From Octopus vulgaris (lineage: Eukaryota), in assembly GCA_951406725.2 (NCBI GenBank), contig OX597816.1, positions 42,098,001-42,162,000 on the forward strand: a stretch of DNA of 64,000 nucleotides, given 5' to 3'. A program made the position numbers and the translations under genes. Positions 13,548-27,710 of this stretch are shown here, in pieces. How positions within the stretch are numbered: position 1 is the stretch's first letter; every line of letters begins with the position of its first letter. The notes under the pieces were generated by a model. That model did no database searches. It saw only the letters and a list, made by a program, of their open reading frames with translations, and had not been told where the DNA came from.

Positions 13548-14864
13548 TATATATACAATAGCAACATGCAATATAAATTTCTAACTTTAACTTTTGATAA
13601 TGATGAGATACACCGTGTTCCGTATAATGGATATTCATAGTAAACAATACAATATGTACTGAATACGTTCATAAACGGAAAGCACTTAAAAATTGCACAG
13701 TCTGAATAAAATGACTGAGATTAGCTTGCATTTTCTGACGTATTAAAAGACAACAGATTATTCACGGTTCAATGCTGATATATTATTATCGGTGACTGGT
13801 AATTTTTCTCTTCCGGTGAATATTCGGTTATTTCAGACAGTAAATAATTACATAGATGGATTGAGTAAGTCGGTTATAAATATGTATAGAGTTATTAAGT
13901 AGAGAGGACCTAAGAGTTGAATGTAGTGATAACACGAAAAAAAGATACATGAAAATAAAGAAATATATAATATATCGTCAGTGACAAAATGTGAAAGTAT
14001 CCGGTTCATATGTTTGTAGCATTGTTATTACACTTGACAAAGGGATACTACTTATAGATACCATTAAGTCATTTTCACTTCGGGGGATTTATTGCCTATT
14101 TCTCATTAAATATCATTCCGGATAGAATATAACAAGAAATCAATAATGTCTGACCATCGTCTAAAAGGTGCAGTAAGTACATATTAAATTTAATTGGAAG
14201 AAAGTAAATAAGATCTTATACCGTTCTTAGAAAAATCCGAAACCGTCTGCATATTTTCTACGCCATATTCTGCGTGTGTATTTTCATTTTCAAAATGCTT
14301 TTCAGAATGCCTTATCGTTATTGATCAGATTAAAGGAATTCTTCTAATTTGATATCACCGGCACTTGGTGAATTCAAATAAATATATTTCCATAGATTTC
14401 AGTTCTATTATATCGACGTTCGAAATTATTTAAAATTTTATCCGAGTACAACAGAAGAAAATTTGAATAAAAATAATACGCTATCATATATGAGTAGGCA
14501 TATAATCTTGTACTCAAATTATTTGTATAGCTACGATGTGTTAAATACATAGATTTACACTCCGAACCAAAATGGCAGACTTTCTATACTATTTCATCTA
14601 TACTTTATTTATATTTTTTTACATGTGAAATTTTTTAATTAATATTATTTCTAAAACATTGTAATTCACTGCATTATATTATTGAAAATAGTTTGCGATG
14701 AAGAATTTTCGAAAATTGTGCAACATATTTTACTGGGATCTTTTTTATCGATGCATATTTTTGTATCAATAGCGAGGATATGAGAGTTGTCTCCTCATGA
14801 AAATAATGGAATACACACACTACTATTAATAAGAAAATCTACATATTGCGCATCAACTTTATCC

Positions 14865-14904
<40 letters not shown>

Positions 14905-15323
14905 AGACTACTATTTCCTCATGAGATTTTTATAGACGATTCAATTATTATACCCACTTTGGAGTTATGTTCGATATTTCGGGAAAAAACACCCACGAAA
15001 ACAAAAGCTGGTGAATACAAGGGGCTGATGTGGCAGGAACGTTAGAATGGAAAAACATCCTTTACAAGATTTCCTCGAGCTCTGGCTTTGAGATCATAAG
15101 TTTCCTTGCATGGCATAAGGTAACTAAATTTTCATATATGCCGTGCGATATTTTGTAAAATGCTGGTGTGCCAAGAAATTAAGAAGTAAATGGCGATATT
15201 GCAAAAGAAAACTAAATAGTGAAAAAAGAGGAACATATATAAAGTTATATAAACGTGAAAAATTTAAAAACAGATTCATATATATATATATATATGTGTG
15301 TGTGGGTGTATATATATATATAC

Positions 15324-15377
<54 letters not shown>

Positions 15378-15402
15378 TGTATATACACACATATATATAT
15401 GT

Positions 15403-15436
<34 letters not shown>

Positions 15437-16096
15437 TTATATATGTATATATATATATATATACATATATATGTATATATTTATGTATATGCCAGCATGT
15501 ATCAGTCCGATTGCACGAATGTATAACGGAATATATGTATCTGTGTGTATGTCGCGGTCTTATTACACAAATATATAATGGAGATAGATACATAGATAAT
15601 GTATGTATAGTATTGTCAGCAATAGTATTAGTATTGTCAGCAATACTAATTTGATGCTAAAACAAAATGCTGACACAAAAAAAATGTCTCGTGTGCATTA
15701 CGAAACTAATAGATTTGAGATATATTTCTTTAGAAATATAAAACCAACCAAAAACATTCGAATTCATTGCATTTGTTCATACGAAAACTGAACTATACGA
15801 AATATACCCCTGATAATTGAAATAAGGTAACTTTGGAAAACGGTCCTAAAAGCAATTAAAAGAATATTACGTATCAGATGGCTCTTACTCTGCTTTTAGT
15901 ATCAGCTGATAAGACAGAGCGTCATAAGTTTACAGATAATTTACAATATTTTCTTATGATAGGTGTTATATGATCTCATCTGATATGAACTCGGTAAGCG
16001 TATCTCATGTTTTATTTCTGTATCTTGGGTATATTTGGAGAAACGTTTACTTCCATATGGCGAATTCCTGCATATCAATGAAATATTTTATCACTA

Positions 16097-16104
16097 TATT
16101 CTTC

Positions 16105-16136
<32 letters not shown>

Positions 16137-16283
16137 CTTCTTCTTCTTCTTCTTCTTCTTCTTCTTCTTCTTCTTCTTCTTCTTCTTCTTCTTCTTCTTC
16201 TTCTTCTTCTTCTTCTTCTTCTTCTTTTTCTTCTTCTTCTTCTTCTACTACTACTACTACTAGTAGTAGTAGTAGTAGTAGTA
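16097..16283. repeat. (CTT)n/(CTA)n/(TAG)n compound microsatellite
   Basis: Directly visible. Confidence 0.97.
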
Positions 16284-16393
16284 TTTCCTCTTTATCTTTT
16301 TCTTCTTCATTTCCTTGCAAATGACGTGCAACAGGAAATGGTCTGGTAAGCAACACACACACACACACACACTCATACATATATGCATATATG

Positions 16394-16705
16394 CAGGTGT
16401 GGCTGTGTGGTAAGTAGTTCAGTAGCACCTTGGGCAAGTGTCGACCAAAGCCTTGTGAGTGGATTTGGTAGACGGAAACTGAAAGAAGCCTGTCGTATAT
16501 ATGTATATATATATGTATGTGCGTGTATATGTTTGCGTGTCTGTGTTCGTTCTCCCAACATTACTTGACAACTTAGCGTCCCCGTAACTTAGCGTTTCGG
16601 CAAAAGAGAGCGATAGAATATGTACTAGGCTTACAAAGAATAAATCCTCGGGTCTATTTGCTCAACTAACGGCGGTTAGAGGCGCAGTGAAATGACTTCA
16701 ACAAG
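16394..16705 (+). mobile_element. tRNA-derived SINE family B, internally deleted
   Basis: gcaggtgtggctgtgtggtaagtag...accttgggcaagtgtcgaccaaagccttgtgagtggatttggtagacggaaactgaaagaagcc. Confidence 0.85.
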
Positions 16706-16719
16706 TAAAGAGTATATAT

Positions 16720-17000
16720 GTACCGTTGGCGATTTGTTTCCTCTGTCTTCCCTTCTCTGGATCTCTCCTTCTCCTATGTTTCCGACGAAGAGTGTGTGTA
16801 TGTGGATGTGTGTTTGTGCGTGAGTGTATGTGTGTGTGTGTGTATGTGCGCGGAAGGTTGAAAACAAACACTCGAGGTGATTTATATGGCTAAAAGTCAA
16901 GGTAGAAAATGCTAAAAGAATTTTATGAAAATCATTTCAGTACTGGTTTCAACGCATTGAGACGTTTTCAACTGTAAGTATGGAAAACAATTAAATTTTT
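16720..17000. mobile_element. Two short Penelope-like pLTR fragments with hammerhead-like motifs
   Basis: Plus strand tttCCGACGAAGAG (truncated, about 16779-16792); minus strand cag TTGAAAA cgtctcaatgcgtt GAAA ccag TA ctg (about 16938-16974). Confidence 0.45.
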
Positions 17001-17089
17001 ATAAAAATTAAAAGTAGCGTTTTTTAAAAGAATATTTGTATCGTATTCAAACACAAGGGGCATTTCCCTTCTTTCTGCCTGTCTCTGTC

Positions 17090-17533
17090 TCTCTTGTGGG
17101 TTCGAGGTCGTTATGAATTCTTGGTAGCCTCCAACAAGATTCAGTACCATCCCACATCTCCAAAGAGACACGAAACTGGATTCTGAAAAATATCTAGTCG
17201 TTCATAAGCAAAGATATATGACCCTCAAGAAGCCCAGATCTCAACCCGTTGATTTTTCTGTTTGGTCAGTTTTAGACACGGGGATCTTGAGCACTACTCG
17301 TGCTTCGCTTGACTCCCTGTACCAGGAATGGTGTCTTCGATTTCACAAAAACAGCTGCGTGCTGCGTGTGTAACGTTCGCACCTAGATTAAGACCGTGAT
17401 TCGAATAAATGTATTAGTGTCATAGTTTTGTTTCATTAACCATTGCATTACAACGCTCGGACCAAAAATATAACAATAATTTACTATGGCAAAATTGAAA
17501 TTAATTGGTTGCCTTAATTTTGGGATAACCTGT
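17090..17533 (+). mobile_element. Tc1/mariner-superfamily transposase 3' fragment with TIR
   Basis: PSRSPDLNPL(fs)DFSVWSVL motif at about 17220-17275; terminal gccttaattttgggataacctgTA. Confidence 0.7.
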
Positions 17534-18149
17534 ATGCTGAACACGTTGCCTATGAGTGTGTGTGCGCACAGTCAAGTGTGAATGTATGTGTATGTGTATA
17601 CGTGCGCGCCTACAGAGGATGTTAGTGTGTAGTTGAGTTACACACCATCGAGAACCTTCTACTATCCTGGGATTACAACATTTATAAAAAAAACTTGCCA
17701 AACTGCAGAAATTTGTGGCAAAGAAGAAGATATTTGAATTTGCCTCCATAGGACTTTCAAAGCAACTGAACCAGCATTTCGGTTTCACTTTTTATCTAAC
17801 TCTCTAATTGTTCGTACTCCAAGTCTTCTTATCGTAGTTATAGCAATCATTGTGCATAGGTCAGCTCGAGAACATTTCATTCTCTTCTCACATCTCTACT
17901 GCGTATAAATGAGTGCACGTGTGTGTCTGCCAATGTGTGAGCATTTACATGTATTTCTGCAGAAGGGAGGTGTTGCTACCATCATCAACCTCTCATCAAC
18001 CGTCTATTGCGCTCTTATCTTTATCCCACCATCCTTCTTCATACACCTTCACAATCTGTGCCCTCATGAAAATGATACTGAGCAAAATTTGCACTAGCTG
18101 GAATACATTAGGCCACGTAAGCGACTTAGCTTCTTAGATTATTAGAGGA

Positions 18150-18900
18150 CATTAGCGAATTGTACTGTCCAAGCTGGTTAATTATCTTATGTGACATTAG
18201 CAATAGTTTTTTTTTTTTCTGGAACAAGAGCATGTTTTAAAAATCTTAAAATCGAATTACATTTTCTGTATGTATTGTAAATATAACGTCGTTCTAACCG
18301 TGCTTGTTATAAGAGTACTTACAATGTCAAAAGGCTTTGCTTCCAGTCAAGGTCATGTAAATGTTACTGTGCAAGCTTCTTCAGTATGGTGGACTGCAAA
18401 TATATTTCAACACTTCCTCGACACAAGGTGTAGTCCTTGTAACAGAGGTCCCAGGAAGATGATAAAAAGCGTGAAAGCTTAAACTTCCAGCCGACGAGTA
18501 GCAGACGTTTCTATGGGAATCGCATGATCAGCATCTACTTTTCTATTTATAGGTGTAGACAATACTGGCTCTTTAAATACATTTAACATTTTCCTTTCAT
18601 TCCAATCTGATTTAAGACCTCGGTTATATACAGTTAAACAGTTCGGCTCTTATGAACTCTTCAGTAAGAATAAGGTCTCATCATGGCATATCGCAGTGGA
18701 TTTCCGCGAGTTTACTTTTATGATTCTGGAGGTGTGTGAGGGGAGGCAACTCGTGGATTACCACTTCTCGTGAACGGCAGGCAGCAGTTTTTGTTTCTTT
18801 GAATTTTGTTCGTTTAGCGCATTATCGCAATATTCTTCATTTGTTTATTGTCTGCTGCATACATTTATAGGACAAACACGTGTAGGATAATTACGCCAAA
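18150..18900 (-). mobile_element. Possible degenerate Helitron-derived fragment
   Basis: Broken reading KLAEIHCDMP..LILTEEFIRAELFN; gggaggcaactc block shared with about 29378-29390. Confidence 0.35.
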
Positions 18901-19437
18901 AATAAATACGCTCACTGGTTCTGTTTCACTACCTAATTTAGTATTAATCAGCTAATTAAACTTTTAAACAATTATTTTATCGATTAACTGTTTAATCGAT
19001 CAGTTAATCTGTCAATCGCATATCCTTCTGTAGAGTCCTTCTTTTGCCATTTACGATTGTATGACCGAATTGTTAATGAAACACTCGTGTAGTTAACTGG
19101 TCAAATGCTGACTACTATCTAATAAAAGAAGTTAAATGAAACATTGCAGATGTCAATTATTCATATGATGATCCTTATAAAGCACAAGAAAATCATCCTT
19201 ACAATTTATTTTTTGCATACTGGTCACCTACTTTACGTTGACTTGTTTGCCTTAGCTTTTTTTTTTTATGAGCGATGATGCCTTGCTCCTGATAAGCAAG
19301 TGAGATATGACAAATTGTCTGGGATTTAGTATTGGCAGTTAATGAAGAAACGAAGCAGAAACATTTGTACCTAGTGTCCTGAAATTGTGCATTTATGTCT
19401 CTTTATATGTCTCGCTATCTCACCCCATACATACATT

Positions 19438-19508
<71 letters not shown>

Positions 19509-19549
19509 TCACGCTCACGTAGGATTATATCTACCTTTTTGTGTATAGT

Positions 19550-19752
19550 CTTCTTTTTACTCTTTTTACTTGTTGAAGTCATTTGACTGTGGCCATGCTG
19601 GAGCACCACCTTTAGTCGAGCAAATTGACCCCAGGGCTTATTCTTTGTAAGCCGAGTACTTATTCCATTGTCTCTTTTGCCGAACCTCTATGTTACGGGA
19701 CACGTGAACACACCAGCATCGGTTATCAAGCGATGCTGGGGGGACAAACACA

Positions 19753-19810
<58 letters not shown>

Positions 19811-19958
19811 CGACGAGCTTCTTTCAGTTTCCGTCTACGAAGCTTTGGTCGGCCCGAGGTTATAGTAGAAGACATTTGCCCAAAGTGCCACACAGTGGGA
19901 CTGAAATCGGAATCATGTGGTTGGTAAGGAAGCTATTTACCACAGAACCACTCCTGCG
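19550..19958 (-). mobile_element. SINE family B with internal (CA)n/(TA)n
   Basis: Homologous to 35250-35652. Confidence 0.85.
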
Positions 19959-20493
19959 TCTGTATGTGTGTATTTGTGTGTGTATGCGTGTGTACATGTG
20001 TGCAGTTGCTTGTGAGAGTGATCTGCTGTAATTCAATCTTGTATCTGTGCACCGTCGTGTAACCAGTCCTATCTCTGCATACACCGTCATTGTAACACAA
20101 ACTCACATTTTCATAAAGTAGTTTGCAATCGTTTTCGTCACCTATATGCTAAGTAGTTTAGATTCGCACGTCAGCTGTCAACGTATATTGCCATTGTGCC
20201 AAGCTGGAAATGACAGCTGGAATAAAGGGAATGCATAGATTGCAAAGTGTGTTATTGGAAATAATCGAGAAATATTGTATTGGATAAAAGTTATTTAATA
20301 TTACTTGCAGAAAATTAATAATTTCAGAGAGAAAATAGCCATATTTTAATATAACTTCGCAACAAGACAAATTCTCCATTGGAAATCGAAAAGTCTCTTT
20401 TCCCTTTCATAGGAATACAAAGTGAATACAACCATCATACACACACAAATGCGCACGGAATACATACATACACACACATACAGAAACTTACAT

Positions 20494-20534
<41 letters not shown>

Positions 20535-20547
20535 GAAAACATAGATT

Positions 20548-20885
<338 letters not shown>

Positions 20886-21829
20886 GAAAGAGAGAGAGAG
20901 AGACATAGAGGAATTGAGTTAGATACGGATATGAGTATATATAGACAAACACACACACACGCACGTATAAATGTGTGCTTGTGGTAGTGTTGTGTATGGC
21001 TGTGAGAGAGAACGAGAGTGGGGCGTATATACACACAAGCAATTACAAGCGTATGTATCTTTATGTGCACATAAATATGCATAATATATGCGTATCTGTG
21101 AGTGTGTAACGTAATTACATGTACCTCTGTTTAATGCGTACACGCCCCAACACAGCATATTCTATATATTTATAAAACATTTACATATATATATGTAATA
21201 ATCATACATGCTAGTTGTAAGATCTCTCTAAGAGATTAACACAGTGGTTGTACAAACAAGTAATGATCGTTGCCACTTCAACACGGCTGTCCATTCCAAC
21301 AGACATTACTGCGATTTTTTTAATATCAAAGGGCCATCTCCTCTAGATGGTTAACGTTACACAGCTGTATCCGAGATATTGCGAGCAGGAGAGCTAACTA
21401 CTACCACTTTCTACCGACGGAAACCGCAGACTAACCAGGTTTCGGGCTATTTATGCTTCTCTTGAATACTGGACACCTCGCCTGCTAGAGATGGCAGTAG
21501 CTCACTTCTGCTAGCAATATATAATTGAATATATTTAATGTGAAACATTTCAATATATAATTTCAAGCGACATAGATTTGCTGATTTACCTCCCAAAAAA
21601 AGTATTGGATCTTTCCCTTGTAACCTACAGATTAAAAAAAATAATTTTTTGTAACTAAAGACTTTCAAACTTCGGACACTTTTACTCTTATCCTTTTTGA
21701 GAAAAACGTATATTTACGATGTGATTTCACGTTAAGTTCTTGTATTTCGGTAGTTTCAACCAATCATTGAGGTGTATTCAGCCGAATAAAATTACTGTAG
21801 TTGTTTGCCAACAACAACGATCGGCGGTG

Positions 21830-22178
21830 TAATTTTCGTTTGTCACATTTCGGGGTTGATAAATTAAGTACCAGTTGCATACTGGGGTCGATCTTATTGA
21901 CTGGCCCTTCCCCCAAAATTTCGGGCCTTGTGCCTAGAACAGAAAAGAATATATACGCCAGTATACGGCGGCGAGCTCTCAGAAACGTTTGCACGCAAAG
22001 CAAAATATTTAGTGGTATTTCATCTGTCCCTATGTTCTGAGTTCAAATTCCGTTGCGGTCGCATTTGCGTTTTGTCATTTTGTGGTCGATAAATTAAATA
22101 CTAGTTGCATTCTGGATCGATCCAATCGACTCGCTCCCACCCACAAAATTTCGGGCCTTGTGCCTAGAGTAGAAAATA
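21830..22178 (+). mobile_element. Two SINE family A copies
   Basis: ggcggcgagctctcagaaacgtt...gttctgagttcaaattcc...gtcgataaattaa; the aaaatttcgggccttgtgcctaga tail occurs twice. Confidence 0.8.
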
Positions 22179-24289
22179 ATATGGTTGTCCTATTATTTTA
22201 TAGATTAGATCTTTCAGATTAGAACCACGTATCCCATTCACATGACGTAAAACTTAGTTATTGTACTCATTAAATATTCTGAGACTGTTAATGAATGTAC
22301 TTAAATAGTCTTCCCTTCACTTGCCCCACATTACGTCAATCAAATATCCGCTGGGTACTTTTCGAAACTTTTGTTTTAACTTGATCAGAGCCTCTGGCAC
22401 TAAATGTTTAATTTCACGGGAATTAATTTTTGAATTAATATCTCTGATTAGTTGGCAACATGTCAGTTCAGATTTGTGAATCAAACATATATTATTGTCT
22501 TGTAAGATTAACAAAGTCAAACGCAGGTATCAAAAGTTTATTGTAATTCTATTTGCCAGTATGATTTAACATACTGTATCTTATACTTAGATGATAGGTT
22601 AAGAAATATGGTTACATTTCTGGGATGATAATATAAATGTATTATGGTTTATACAGAAATTGGTAGATTAGAATTTTAATATATAGTTTTGCACAATGCA
22701 TCCTCTAATTTTTCCTTGCTTCCTATATTCTTGCCGTGATAATTGTCTACGAAACAATGCATGATATGCTCCTGGGATATCAATGATACTCTGCTAAAAA
22801 TCAATAATGCTATAATTTGAATTATTTGAGTCTGGAATATATAAATACAATTATAAGCACACCTGCTTTAAAATTAACATTATATAAGCCACCTTCAAGG
22901 ATTATGTGATTATAGGGATATCTATCTGGTCTCTTTTGCAATAACTTGATTTATAAATCCAGATCTGTCAATAATGAATTTCGGATAATAATTGTTCGGC
23001 AGATTTCGATTGTATCGGCTCTGTCATCTAACTCGCAACATGATGTAGATAACCGATATATTTAATATCAAATTTTATGTCCACCGCTTTCCATATTGGG
23101 GGCTTTCAGCCGAGTGCAAAATGTGGCAAGCATCCAGGCTTGTTTTGCGATGCCTTCCCCCCTCGCTACTGCTAGACATATCGTCATTTTAAAAGGTCAT
23201 GTGCACTGTCTTTCCTTCTGAATAAAAGATAAAAACAACGTAGTTAATAAAACGTATACAAGAGGGATTTAGTACTGCATAAGCTTTACCAATATGGCTG
23301 CGTTTTTTTGTTCGCATAGTATCTGACGGAGATATATAATATGCACACTACTAAATGGATATTCATTTTTAACTCAACAATAACAAGATTCATAATCTGG
23401 TACTTTACATTTGTTATTTACTATTAATTACTATTCATATTAGTTATTCAAATACTGACCCTAGTAACGTGGTTTTTAGCAATTCTCTCAATGTCCTCAT
23501 AAACCGTAGTCAAAGAGAAATAAATTATAAAATATAAGATAATGGATAGCTTTATTTTAGGTCTTTTAATAATATGGAAGCGAATCCGTCACGATTTATC
23601 TCACATACATACAAATGATTTAGTTCATCGCCTTTACTTACTTAGACGAAAGGAAATAAATATTCATAGCATACAAATTACATTATCTAACATTATCTAA
23701 CCAAGTTAAGAATCTCGTATTTTATGATAGCTACAAAAACAGTCATGAACCATTCGTATTATTATATATATTATCTTATATTTGTATGCATTTTGCAGAT
23801 TTCAGATACTGGATTAGGGCTCTGTATGGACACTGGATACATTCGTATGAAAGCAAAGTCAATAGGATTTTGAATGCACATCCATTTATCGCCAGTGTAT
23901 GAAACCATACTTAGCATAAATATTTTTTCCCATTTCATATGTAAGGAGCCAAGTTTGTTTCCTTCGGGCGTGTAAGGAGTTGAGAGTATCGACTTACGCT
24001 TCGCCAAAAGTTCATTCTTTGTGCCTTTCGTTTTTTATATAGCTTTACACCACCCGAACTGCTTTTATTCCTAGGGTCTAAGATTTCACAATCATTATTT
24101 AGAAAAGTATGTTATTGATATTGTTAGGTAATATACTCTGATCTGATTATCCAGAGATTTATACAAAATATACTGATGCACTTCATATTTGTGCAAATTT
24201 AGAGAAACATAACAAAGAGTGGTTTTTATGATCCAATGTTCTTACGTTGTATTTTATAGCTCAAAATCAGTTTTCAATAAAATAGAAAA

Positions 24290-24680
24290 TATTCTTTACT
24301 ACTCCAGTCAGAAGGCCCGAAATTTTGGCGGAGTGGTTCAGTTGAATAGATCGACTCCAGTACGCAACTGGCACTTAATTTATCGACCCCTAAAGGATGC
24401 AATGCAAAAGTCGACCTCGGCGGAGTTTCAACTCAGAACGTAAAGACAACGAAATACCTATTTCTTTACTACCCACAAGGAGCTAAACATAGAGGGGGCA
24501 AACAAGGACAGACAAACGGATTAAGTCGATTACATCGACCCCAGTGCGTAGCTGATACATAATTTTTCGACTCCGAAATGATGAAAGGTAAAGTCGACCT
24601 CGGCAGAATTTGAACTAAGAACGTAACGGTTATGCATTTCGCCCGGCGTGCTAACGTTTCTGCCAGTTTACCGCCTTATA
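24290..24680 (-). mobile_element. SINE family A dimer
   Basis: Two cores; junction cgaaatacctatttctttac as at about 7354-7372. Confidence 0.85.
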
Positions 24681-26104
24681 AAATGGAAAATACTAAACTA
24701 AGGTTTTATAATTCGCTAATATTATTTTTCCTTGTATTTCGTTACGTATTATTTCACACAATACATCTCCTGATATTCTATCTTCGTGGAAACAACTTGC
24801 CGAATCACATCTGTGAGTGTTGCCTAGTCGAATTGTGTAAGATAAGGAAAAGATAGATTTCTTATTTAAATAAATATGCTTTGAAGAATTGCAGTCATTA
24901 TTTAATGGTAGGATATGTTTATTCTAGATGCAACAAAATTGAACTTTAAAATTCGAACAATTTATATCGATTCTTATCGTTAACGAAATTGCACTCACAA
25001 GTTTTCTCAAGGTAATTTAATAATTCGTAATTATCTTGTTTATTGATCTTCTACAATATTTCTCGAATATGACGCAAACCATATTGTATTGCAGAGTTCA
25101 TTGGGTACATTCTCATTTTACATTGTATAATTATATTTTCTGCTCATTATTGAAATTATATTTAGAATACAAATATGTATTTCTCTTGATCAATTATTAT
25201 GGAAAACTTCAATTAATCTATACGTACATGAGCAATCGACAAACATGTCAAGTACAATCATAATACCGCTATGTAAATATACTTAACGAATATCATATTT
25301 CCAATTAGAAATCAATTCTATTTACAATAATTGGAATATAAAATGTCTTTTAATAAGAGGCTGTGTTTTATTTCACAATTTCTGAAAATAATTTTATGAA
25401 ATTATATGGAATCGAGTGTTTGGGGAATTTCAAATTCGTTGACTATTGTTTCAGTTTAGTTTGTTGTAAGATTATTTGTGTATTTAATTCAACATTAATA
25501 TCTAAAATGTAATAAATCAGTATAATTTAGTTTCAGGTATGTAAATTAAATTTTTGTCATATATACTTGACGGTTTTGGCGCACGGTTAGAATATATGAA
25601 ACAACAATTATTATTTCAAGTCAACGCGTTCATCACGACCTTCGACTGGAGTGCAACAATGTACGACAACGCGCACAGACATGAACCTGTAGTGAATTCC
25701 TATGTGAAGAGAGATGTCAAATGCTGTTGAAGAAATATGAACATTAATTTTCCCTCCATTATGGAAGCTTAGCCACTACTTAATAATTTGAGCGAGGAAT
25801 AAATCACAAGGTTTTATTAGCTGTCTGAACCTCTAAGCTAATATCACGCACTAATCTTTTGATTGCAGATTTATCATGCCCCACTTCTGTCCTGCATATA
25901 TTGTTTGTTCCTTCTCGAGGCACGCCTTGCTTATAAGGGCCGGTTTCCCGGTTTCCTTGTCGTATAGGTTCCCCACCTGGACGAGACGCCGGTCCGTCGC
26001 GGTGAGACCTGCATATATATATATATGTTAGTAATACCTGCATATATATATATGTTAGTAATACCAGCGATTATAATTATTTTTATTTTATCGCAATTTG
26101 ATTT

Positions 26105-26150
<46 letters not shown>

Positions 26151-26161
26151 TATATAGAAGG

Positions 26162-26212
26162 AGCTTCTACAGGACCAGAACTGTTTCATTCAAGAGAAAT
26201 CTTCAGGAAGCT
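26162..26212 (-). ncRNA. Type I hammerhead ribozyme, apparently intact
   Basis: Minus strand: AGCTTC CTGAAGA t ttc tctt gaa t GAAA cag ttctggtc ctg TA GAAGCT (6-bp stem I, canonical core, GUA cleavage triplet). Confidence 0.8.
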
Positions 26213-26544
26213 AGTTAACAAGAATTGTATTGGCATTTATACATTAAGGCAGGTTTAAAGGGTGTTGGTGGGGGACTTTTTGGGGGTAGGCATAGCGCAA
26301 AATATCATACTTGGGGAGTGGTCAAGGAGTCAGTGTTACATTAGATAGAAGAATAAATAAAAAAATAAAATTATATTATTTTATTTTTTTTTTTTATTTA
26401 TTCTTCTATCTAATGTAACACTGACTCCTTGACCACCCCCCCCAAGTATGATATTTTGCGCTATGCCTACCCCCAAAAAGTCCCCCACCAACACCCCTTT
26501 AAACCTGCCTAAATGTATAAATGCCAATACAATTCTTGTTAACT

Positions 26545-26592
26545 AGCTTCCTGATGATTTCTCTTGAATGAAACAGTTCTGGTCCTGTGCTC
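26545..26592 (+). ncRNA. Hammerhead ribozyme copy damaged by a 4-nt deletion at the cleavage site and stem I
   Basis: agcttc CTGATGA tttctcttgaat GAAA cagttctggtcctgt gctcc; lacks the agaa present in the other arm. Confidence 0.7.
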
Positions 26593-26677
26593 CTTCTATA
26601 TAATAAATTAATTTTACTCTGCTATGTATTGAGTACCTTATTTACTGTGGTTAACCCCGAATCAACCCGGGACCTAC

Positions 26678-26713
<36 letters not shown>

Positions 26714-26948
26714 GTATATATGTATGTATGTATGTATATACATATATATATGTATGTATGTATATACATATATATATGTATGTATACATATACATATATA
26801 TACATATATATACATATATGTATATACATATATGTATATATATATATGTATATATATGTATATATATGTATATATGTATATATATATGTATATATATGTA
26901 TATATATATGTATATATATGTATATATATATCTATATATATATATCTA

Positions 26949-27009
<61 letters not shown>

Positions 27010-27212
27010 TTATGTATTTGTATGTATATATGTATGTATGTATATACATATATATATGTATGTATGTATATACATATATATATATATGTATGTATACATA
27101 TACATATATATACATATATATACATATATGTATATATATATGTATATATATATGTATATATATGTATATATCTATATATATATGTATATATATATGTATA
27201 TATATATGTATA

Positions 27213-27291
<79 letters not shown>

Positions 27292-27292
27292 C
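26678..27292. repeat. Compound (TA)/(TATG)/(TG) microsatellite
   Basis: Directly visible, ~600 bp. Confidence 0.95.
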
Positions 27293-27314
27293 TTCTAATA
27301 TAATCCTTTGTATT

Positions 27315-27710
27315 GGATACACAAGGCATCACATTTTGGGGAAGGGGCCTAGTCAGTTATTGTTCCTTAATATATCAGCCAAAAAGGATGAAAGGCAAAG
27401 TTGACCTCAACGGAATTTGAAATGTGAACGTAGCGACGGGAGAATTACCCCAAAGCATTTTTTATATCGTGCTAACGCTTCTGCCAGCGCGCCGTCTTTA
27501 TATGTTCCAATATAATATTTTCTACTCTTGGAGCAAGGCCTGAGATTTTTGGGGAAGGGGCTAGTCGATTATATCGACCCCAGTATGCAACTGACACTTA
27601 ATTTATCGATCCCGAACGGATGAAAGTCCAAGTCGACCTCAGTGGAATTTGAGCTGTGAACATAAAAGGCAGACGAAATACAGGTGATCATTTCGCTCGG
27701 CGTTCTAACA
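27315..27710 (-). mobile_element. Two SINE family A copies
   Basis: ggatgaaaggcaaagttgacctcaacggaatttgaa and a second core at about 27560-27660. Confidence 0.8.

Larger units (their letters stand above)
26145..26608. mobile_element. ~460-bp near-perfect inverted repeat made of two Penelope-like pLTR copies, flanked by (TA)n
   Basis: Arm 26145-~26370 is the reverse complement of ~26380-26608 with about five differences; each arm has TATAAA followed by a hammerhead. Confidence 0.9.

Noticed and set aside
23790-23947. Candidate exon (ttttgcag acceptor to gtaagg donor)
   Set aside because: Stops in all three frames and no recognisable protein; a non-coding exon cannot be excluded.
26587-27404. 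Long ORFs (up to 238 aa) rich in YIYI/CVCV, and similar ones across the window
   Set aside because: Translations of (TA)n/(TG)n/(ATCT)n microsatellites, open in several frames, with no protein signal.
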